Shown: positions 57,841-64,000 of the stretch, piece by piece
Numbering within the stretch: position 1 is the first letter of the stretch
How the letters are laid out: each line of letters begins with the position of its first letter
Virus record (IMG/VR): IMGVR_UViG_3300030099_008323
Span: 64,001 to 128,000 of that record
Length of the DNA stretch: 64,000 nt
Origin: a virus
Direction: 5' to 3' (one strand)
Program-made: the position numbers and the translations under genes
The notes under the pieces: model-generated
What the model saw: the letters and a program-made list of their open reading frames with translations, nothing else
Database searches by the model: none
What the model was told of the DNA's origin: nothing

Positions 57841-59033
57841 ATAAATTCTGGATGTTTAATTTTTGAAACAATTTGTTTTTGCGCATCTAAAAGCTTTTGC
57901 TTATCTAAATTATCAATATCTTTATACAATGTCCACATCATTTTATTGCTCTCATGTGGCTTACAAAGCTGTGTACATTTAGAGAAACACTCAACATTAT
58001 CGATTAAATGCATAACTTTTTGTCTTTTATTAACATTTTGCCAAATATCTTTAAAACTACTGTCGTACAATCTACCATAGCTATATTGCTTATACCCTCG
58101 ATGATTTGTACAAACATAAACATGGCCGTCTGCGCCAACGCAGGGTTGGATTTGCGATCCTAAACATTTTTTATAGTTTCTTCCATATAGAGATGGATCA
58201 TTTTCTAAATCTTGCAGCTTGTACCCATTAATTTGATATTTATCCCCTAATATTTCTTTAGCCTGCTTGAGCAAGGGCTCTACCTCTGTATTCCAAAAAT
58301 CAATCTCTCTTTGTACACCCTCTTCTCTTTCACGATTCACAACCTCGGGTTTAAACTGGCAGTAGTCAACATCAAATTTACTAAAGTATTTAGCAAAATC
58401 TACAATCTCACTATAGGTGTCAGGAGTTATAACAAAACCAACACCTATAGTTATTTTTTTACCTTTATTATTATTAATTTGTACTAGTTTAGCTAAGTTA
58501 TCAGACATCTTTTGCCAGCCTTGATTTTTTCTAGCTCTTCTAACTGAATTATATGTTTCTGGGGTTCCAGCATCAATCGAAAAGCGCACCCAAGTCATAT
58601 TTTCAACAAATGTATCAAATAGATCCCACCTGTCAAGTAAAACACCGTTAGTGAAAATACCCATTTTAACAGAATTAGCTCCTAAAAATTGAATAGCCTC
58701 TTTCAAATGTCTATTAAGTGTTGGTTCTCCGCCGCCGGTCCAATTTACTGCCCTAACTTTCATGTCAACAAAGTCTCTGCAAAGATCCATTAGGACCTTG
58801 CGGGGCATAATTGATCGATCAAAAGTTTCTAAATTTTTTGATTCTGGAAGGTGTATATACGAGGATATACAAAAATAGCATCCGTGATTGCATGCATTGC
58901 TAGGATCAACCTCCACTAAAACAGGATTTGAATAGCCTGTTTCTAAATGTTCTAAAGCTCTGTCGACATTAGCGATTATCTTTGCTTGGGGGTTGAAAAT
59001 AAGAGAATCATTTAATAAATCTTCAATTTTCAT
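57837..59033 (-). CDS. Radical SAM protein with SPASM/twitch domain
   Basis: CNHGCYFC (CxxxCxxC), TGGGEPT, C-terminal C...CVGADGHVYVC...C..C...C. Confidence 0.9.
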   Translation of the reverse strand: MKIEDLLNDSLIFNPQAKIIANVDRALEHLETGYSNPVLVEVDPSNACNHGCYFCISSYIHLPESKNLETFDRSIMPRKVLMDLCRDFVDMKVRAVNWTGGGEPTLNRHLKEAIQFLGANSVKMGIFTNGVLLDRWDLFDTFVENMTWVRFSIDAGTPETYNSVRRARKNQGWQKMSDNLAKLVQINNNKGKKITIGVGFVITPDTYSEIVDFAKYFSKFDVDYCQFKPEVVNREREEGVQREIDFWNTEVEPLLKQAKEILGDKYQINGYKLQDLENDPSLYGRNYKKCLGSQIQPCVGADGHVYVCTNHRGYKQYSYGRLYDSSFKDIWQNVNKRQKVMHLIDNVECFSKCTQLCKPHESNKMMWTLYKDIDNLDKQKLLDAQKQIVSKIKHPEFI

Positions 59034-59937
59034 TTTTATTTTTTAGCCACTTTAAAAAATATTCGGTAGGATCTTTAAAATATTCACGTATCACGTCGTC
59101 AAAATATCTTTTAGCTTTTTCAGCTCTTTGTTCCAACAATTTGTGGGGTATATTATTTATCTCCTGAAGACATTCTTTAATATATTCTGGGCTATTATCC
59201 TCCTTACATATTCTATAAACAAAACTAGTATCGTAAGTATCTTCACCAACTAAAAAATAATCATAATCTGATATTAATATTGGTACCCTATTATAATAGC
59301 AGCTCTCTAGCAACCTTACACTATCAATTCCAGATCCCCTAGGACACAAAGATATGCTACTTTGCAACATAGTATCGATGTAATCTTTTTGTACCTTTGA
59401 TCCAATTTCAGATGGACCAGACCAAGTCCTATTGATATGAAGATTCTTATCTAAATCTGAATGATGAAGTGCATGGACCATCATTGCTCTAACAATATGA
59501 TTTAAATATCCACGAAAACCAAAACTTTTTTTCCTGGGAAACTCATACTGTTCATTTTGATTATCAATAATATCCAATAAAAGATGAGAAAAAGTTGGTC
59601 TGGCAAAAAGATATTTAATATCTGAGTAAATCTTAAGTGGACCCATAGTTGTGATGATACAATTGTGAAGCCAATTAGGTATTTGCATTCCACCTTCACC
59701 TTCTATATCACATATATGCTTATCTTCATTTCCGTCAAAATATTCAAAATCAGATTTTTTAAAATTTTGATATTGATCATTGGGGATCTGTCCCATATAA
59801 AAATAATCAGCTTCTTCCGGGCTGACTATTGTACAATGATCTCTAATTCCTTGCTCACTTAATGGCACCGTATTATAATAGATTTTAGTATCATCATGCA
59901 CATGTTTTTTTGCATTAGGATATACGTATAATTTCAT
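59023..59937 (-). CDS. Exostosin-family glycosyltransferase (GT47-like)
   Basis: SSISLCPRGSGIDSVRLLESCYYNRVPILISD matches the F.L.P.G....S.R..EA....CIPV.ISD GT47 motif. Confidence 0.75.
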   Translation of the reverse strand: MKLYVYPNAKKHVHDDTKIYYNTVPLSEQGIRDHCTIVSPEEADYFYMGQIPNDQYQNFKKSDFEYFDGNEDKHICDIEGEGGMQIPNWLHNCIITTMGPLKIYSDIKYLFARPTFSHLLLDIIDNQNEQYEFPRKKSFGFRGYLNHIVRAMMVHALHHSDLDKNLHINRTWSGPSEIGSKVQKDYIDTMLQSSISLCPRGSGIDSVRLLESCYYNRVPILISDYDYFLVGEDTYDTSFVYRICKEDNSPEYIKECLQEINNIPHKLLEQRAEKAKRYFDDVIREYFKDPTEYFLKWLKNKNEN

Positions 59938-59939
59938 AT

Positions 59940-61808
59940 TTATTCCATCGATTCGCTAACATTAAAAATACTAGGCATTGGTGGATCCTCAGAAATAGGC
60001 AGAGGCTCTACAATCATATTTTCATAAAATTCTTCTCTAGGAAGATAAGGGTACATATCCTCTACTGGAGTACTCCAGCCAACTATTTTTGGCTCATATG
60101 TATGGTATTCATGGCAATTAACGTCACAAACCATTGGGCCATCAAACTCTAGAAATTGTCTTATCTTGTCTCTAACTTGTTCATATGTATCCTCTCCAGT
60201 TATAGTCATTGTAGGTACTCCATATGCGTCTGCAATTGCAATGAAGTTTGGCGGCGCATATCCTTTTGGGCCACATGCTTCACTTCTTCCTTCAAAGTTG
60301 ACTTCTTGAAATGCTTTCGTAATTCCGTATATATGATTATTTAAAATAACTGTTTTAAGCTTAATATTGTAATTTAAAAGAGTCTGAAGCTCTTGAATAT
60401 TCATATTAAACCCACCGTCTCCAATAACACAAACAACATTTTGATCTTCGCTAGCAGCGAATACGCCTCCCATTGCTCCAGCAAAAGAAAAGCCCATAGG
60501 TGAATTTCCGTTATTTGTATAATATCTTTGACCGGTCTTTGTTTTAAAAGCGTGGTTCAACACAACAATATTACCGCCACAGTCTCCTACCAACACATCA
60601 TTGGATTTCATTTCCTCTGACAATATTCTTGCAAAAGCATATGGATGAACAGAGTCACCCTCCTTAAACATATCTTCCGTGACAGGATCATACTTCTCCT
60701 TCCAATCTTTTACTTTAGTCATCCACTTAGAGAAGTCTGGCAAATAAGAGCCGGCAGTAGAGTTATTGCAATATGCTAGCCTTTCTCTTAAGAGCTTTAT
60801 AAAAAGCTTAGCATCTGAATGAATACACTCATCGAATGGAAGCTGCTGCCATTTTTTAACTAAATTAGCTTTGTCAATGTCAACCATATATTTTTTTGCT
60901 TCTCTAGCAAAAGTACTAGGCTCACCGCCAGTTATCCTACCAGATATTCTACTTCCAATAGCTAATATTAAATCAGAATTCTGTATACCAAAATTTCTTC
61001 CAGCGCCGCCGTATGTGCCGATTCTACCACCATAATATTCAAAATCAGAACAAACTATGTCAAGAGCGTTCCAAGTTGGAAAACAGGGTATCTGTAGTTC
61101 TCTAGCTAACTCCATAAAATCTTCATTTGCATCAGCAAGGCCCACGCCTGCTCCAATCATCAAGCAAGGCCTTTCAGAGTTTTTTAAATCTTCTATAAAC
61201 TTATCAATCTGAAAATTAATCTTGTCGACATTAAAAACTGGCTGGTTAATCTCTTTGTTGTAAGACCTAAGAGAATCAACCTCAACTTCCATTTTTGCCA
61301 CATCAATTGGTAAATCAATTAGTACAGGGCCCGGTCGTCCAGTAGTTGCAATGTGAATTGCCTTTTCCAGCTCATACCTGATGTCCTCTGGGTTTTCTAC
61401 TAGTTTAGCATATTTTGTAATTGGTTCTACAATACTGACTATATCAGTCTCTTGAAATCCTATTTGCCTAATTGACTCATCAGGTCGCATGTATTGCGTC
61501 TTGATTTGACCAGTGATAAATACACATGGAACTGTATCATAAAAACAATTGCCAATTGGTGTTACAAAGTTCATACCACCAGGACCACTGGTTGCAATAG
61601 ACACGCCATATTTTCCAGAAACCTTTGCATAGCCCTCTGCGGCAAAGCCACCAGCTTGCTCATGCATAACAGCAATATATCTGGTTTTATCATTTCTGGT
61701 GAACGCATCAATCAAATGACCATTAGCTGCTCCATAAACTACAAAAACTTCTTTTATACCATCTTCTGCTAAGTGATCAATAACATAATCAGCAACTTTT
61801 TTTTTCAT
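59940..61808 (-). CDS. ThDP-dependent acetolactate-synthase-like enzyme (YerE-like subgroup suspected)
   Basis: HEQAGGFAAEGYAK, TSGPG, GRPGPVLIDLP and GDGGF..NIQEL...LNN ThDP motif. IRQIGFQE stands where housekeeping AHAS has GTDAFQE. Confidence 0.85.
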   Translation of the reverse strand: MKKKVADYVIDHLAEDGIKEVFVVYGAANGHLIDAFTRNDKTRYIAVMHEQAGGFAAEGYAKVSGKYGVSIATSGPGGMNFVTPIGNCFYDTVPCVFITGQIKTQYMRPDESIRQIGFQETDIVSIVEPITKYAKLVENPEDIRYELEKAIHIATTGRPGPVLIDLPIDVAKMEVEVDSLRSYNKEINQPVFNVDKINFQIDKFIEDLKNSERPCLMIGAGVGLADANEDFMELARELQIPCFPTWNALDIVCSDFEYYGGRIGTYGGAGRNFGIQNSDLILAIGSRISGRITGGEPSTFAREAKKYMVDIDKANLVKKWQQLPFDECIHSDAKLFIKLLRERLAYCNNSTAGSYLPDFSKWMTKVKDWKEKYDPVTEDMFKEGDSVHPYAFARILSEEMKSNDVLVGDCGGNIVVLNHAFKTKTGQRYYTNNGNSPMGFSFAGAMGGVFAASEDQNVVCVIGDGGFNMNIQELQTLLNYNIKLKTVILNNHIYGITKAFQEVNFEGRSEACGPKGYAPPNFIAIADAYGVPTMTITGEDTYEQVRDKIRQFLEFDGPMVCDVNCHEYHTYEPKIVGWSTPVEDMYPYLPREEFYENMIVEPLPISEDPPMPSIFNVSESME

Positions 61809-61887
61809 TTATTCCTCTATTGTATACCATGCATCATTATAAGCTCTTTTTTAAAATGCTTAAATTCTTCCGCGTCAAATTTTTTAT

Positions 61888-62826
61888 CTACTTTTTTTTT
61901 ACTGTAGTTGTTTCAGGGGTGGCGCTATGATTCGTTGGAAAGCCCTGATCAGTCTCATAAACAACCTCATCGTGCTTCCAATTACCACCACCTAAGAGCT
62001 TCTCTAGTTCTTCCTCTTTAATAGCATAAAAGTTCTCTTCTGAGGGAAACTCACCAGACCTAACCTCCTCTGCATACTTAGTTAAAGCAGATTGCATCAT
62101 CTGGCCGGCCTCACAATATCTTTTAACAAACTTTGATTTAAATTCCCAAAACAAACCCATTAGATCATGAAAGATTACTAATTGGCCATCAACTTTATCT
62201 CCTGCGCCAATACCATAAACAGGAATATTAAGCTCGCTAGCAATCATATCAGCTGACTCGCGGGGCATGCCCTCTAACAATAGAAAAGAGCAGCCGGCTT
62301 CTTGTAGTTCTAGAGCTTGCTGGAGGATAATTTCAGCTTGTTTAGCTGTTTTTCCCTGCACTCTATAGCCGCCTAGCTTTGCTCTGGTGTGAGGTGTAAG
62401 GCCTAAGTGGCTCATAACCATAATACCAGCATCTGCAATTGCTCTAATTCTCTCAGTCATTGCACCTTCGACTTTAACACAGTCCATACCAGCTCGAACA
62501 AAACGACCAGCATTATGAACTGCTTCTTCATTAGATATCTGATATGACATATAAGGCATATCACCAATTAAAAATGCGTTTTTAGCACCTTTCGAGACTG
62601 CCTCACACGAACTAATCATTTGGTCCATACTAACAGGAATAGTTGTCTTATAACCTAATGTAGTCATGCCCAAAGAGTCGCCTACCAAAATACAGTCTAC
62701 ACCTGCACCATCAGCGATTCTAGCTTGCGGGTAATCATAAGCTGTAGTAAGAACAGTTTTTGTATTTTCTCTCTTGTGTCTTCTCAATCTGAGAATAGTT
62801 ACTTTATTTTTATCATCTGCTGGCAT
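61888..62826 (-). CDS. panB: 3-methyl-2-oxobutanoate hydroxymethyltransferase (PanB family)
   Basis: TAYD, ILVGDSLG, GDMP, VKVEG, HLGLTP, GIGAG..DGQ.LV.HDL.G; SD AGGAG. Confidence 0.92.
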   Translation of the reverse strand: MPADDKNKVTILRLRRHKRENTKTVLTTAYDYPQARIADGAGVDCILVGDSLGMTTLGYKTTIPVSMDQMISSCEAVSKGAKNAFLIGDMPYMSYQISNEEAVHNAGRFVRAGMDCVKVEGAMTERIRAIADAGIMVMSHLGLTPHTRAKLGGYRVQGKTAKQAEIILQQALELQEAGCSFLLLEGMPRESADMIASELNIPVYGIGAGDKVDGQLVIFHDLMGLFWEFKSKFVKRYCEAGQMMQSALTKYAEEVRSGEFPSEENFYAIKEEELEKLLGGGNWKHDEVVYETDQGFPTNHSATPETTTVKKK

Positions 62827-62827
62827 T

Positions 62828-64000
62828 TTAATCTCCTAAAATTTTTCTTTTGAGACTTATTTTAGCAGTCTCAATAACGTTTTGTTCAGCTCTTTTTCCA
62901 AATTTTTCTCTTAAAAGCTGTAAGTATTTTGGATTAGTATGGTATTTTGTCCAGGCTTCATCTCGAAACTTTAAAATTTGTGCAGCCGTAAGACTATCTG
63001 TTGGTAAATTTTGTGTATCGTAAGAATGCTGACTGTAACCAGTATAACTATCCGGCAATTTCATGCCCTTACTTTTTGCTTGTATATATAAAGGACTACC
63101 TGGGTATGCCATAGCTGTATAAAAATTAACCATTTCTGTATTTGACTCCATGGCGAAGTTTAGCGTATATTCTAAAGACTCCATAGTGTCCATAGGTAAT
63201 CCAAAAATATAATTTGCCGCTATGTTTATTCCAGATGATCTCATGTTGTCCATTATATCACCAATCTTAACATCTTTAAAGTTATCTTTATGAACTTCTT
63301 TACGTAAGATTTGGTCTGGATTTTCTATGCCTAGGCCGAGCCAATTAACTCCTGCCTTTTTAAGAGTGTCCAGGTATTTTGGCTTGCAGGTATCAATCCT
63401 AGAATATGCCCAAATATTAAAATCATATTGTCTCTCTATAATCATTTGACATATTTTTTCAAAATGACGAGGGTTTAAAACAAAAAGTTCATCTGCGATC
63501 TTAACGTTTTTAACACCTAGGCTTGCAATATAATCAAATTGATTAATTATAAATTCAGGTGACCAATACCTCCATACGTTACTTTTATCGCTAGCTACTC
63601 CAATTGATGAGTCTGTTCTGTTGATGATGTTAATCATGCAGAAAGAGCATTTATATGGACAACCTAAACTGGTATACAAAGCAGCAAAAGGCTCTTTCTC
63701 TGTATTGTTGGACCATGAATGCCATCCTGCTGTTCTGTACTTTTTTATATCAGGGAGCAAATCCCATGCCATTCCTGGTAAATCTACTTCAAGTTTATTC
63801 TTGGGCACTATTGATTGTGGCTTGTTTAAAACGATGCCTTCTTCTGTCTTGTATCCCAGGCCATCTACTTTTTTTAGCTGCACTTCATCAGAAAAATTAG
63901 TTACTTGAAGAAAATTACTTATTGTATATACACCTTCATTTTGACATATATAGTCAACACAGCTCTCTGATAAGACTTCTCTTGGTAGCGCTGCGACGTG
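62828..64000 (-). CDS. Cobalamin-dependent radical SAM enzyme, 5' end outside window
   Basis: TSLGCPYKCSFC and IADELF...LGIE...YIFGLP.DT motifs. The frame is open from 63883 to 64000 (HVAALPREV..., the B12-binding GxH..ALP tail), so the track start is an internal GTG. Confidence 0.88.
   Translation of the reverse strand, partial: HVAALPREVLSESCVDYICQNEGVYTISNFLQVTNFSDEVQLKKVDGLGYKTEEGIVLNKPQSIVPKNKLEVDLPGMAWDLLPDIKKYRTAGWHSWSNNTEKEPFAALYTSLGCPYKCSFCMINIINRTDSSIGVASDKSNVWRYWSPEFIINQFDYIASLGVKNVKIADELFVLNPRHFEKICQMIIERQYDFNIWAYSRIDTCKPKYLDTLKKAGVNWLGLGIENPDQILRKEVHKDNFKDVKIGDIMDNMRSSGINIAANYIFGLPMDTMESLEYTLNFAMESNTEMVNFYTAMAYPGSPLYIQAKSKGMKLPDSYTGYSQHSYDTQNLPTDSLTAAQILKFRDEAWTKYHTNPKYLQLLREKFGKRAEQNVIETAKISLKRKILGD

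Noticed and set aside
61809-61887. Canonical sigma70 promoter in the 79-bp gap upstream of the ThDP enzyme (TTGACG at 61873-61878, TATAAT at 61836-61841)
   Set aside because: The two boxes are 31 nt apart. At 17 nt spacing the -35 is only TTTAAG, so a promoter is possible but not supportable.
260-63908. All plus-strand ORFs and short nested minus-strand ORFs in the track (e.g. 832..1092, 2253..2597, 31680..32066, 45508..45819)
   Set aside because: They are antisense or off-frame shadows of long, motif-bearing minus-strand genes and have no SD or recognisable motifs.
1-64000. Stop-codon recoding (TAG or TGA read-through), seen in some large phages
   Set aside because: Multi-kb ORFs are intact in code 11. 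TAG, TGA and TAA all end genes and are followed by SD plus an out-of-frame start (e.g. 5640, 6751, 4447).
1-64000. tRNA/rRNA genes, introns, inteins, homing endonucleases, intrinsic terminators
   Set aside because: Intergenic gaps are under 80 nt with no cloverleaf or GC-rich hairpin plus U-tract. No intein or HNH/LAGLIDADG/GIY-YIG motifs were seen in the translations.

Overview
AT-rich, densely coding 64-kb segment of a large (jumbo-type) contractile-tailed bacteriophage. Every credible gene is on the minus strand, in standard code 11, with Shine-Dalgarno sites and ATGA/TAATG overlaps. Read in transcription order (right to left) there are four blocks. (1) About 50-64 kb: a long nucleotide-sugar/glycan biosynthesis and tailoring cluster that runs off the right edge. 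It contains a B12 radical SAM, PanB, an ALS-like ThDP enzyme, GT47, a radical SAM-SPASM, two tandem GT-like paralogs, RmlC, a 2OG-Fe oxygenase, a ColD/E1-type 3-dehydratase, split HldE-like kinase and nucleotidyltransferase, a HAD, a cupin and an SDR epimerase. (2) About 48-50 kb: small conserved genes and a phage sigma factor. (3) About 4.4-48 kb: a baseplate/tail module with a gp5-like spike, gp25, a gp6-like wedge, a 3752-aa giant protein, and LamG, MAM and DNRLRE-like virion proteins. (4) 1-4.4 kb: a RuvC-like resolvase, a primase, and a single-ORF Mre11-Rad50 (SbcD-SbcC) fusion that the ORF track omits because it runs off the left edge. No tRNA, rRNA, CRISPR array, integrase or transposase was recognised. 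All family calls come from reading motifs by eye; no database search was run.
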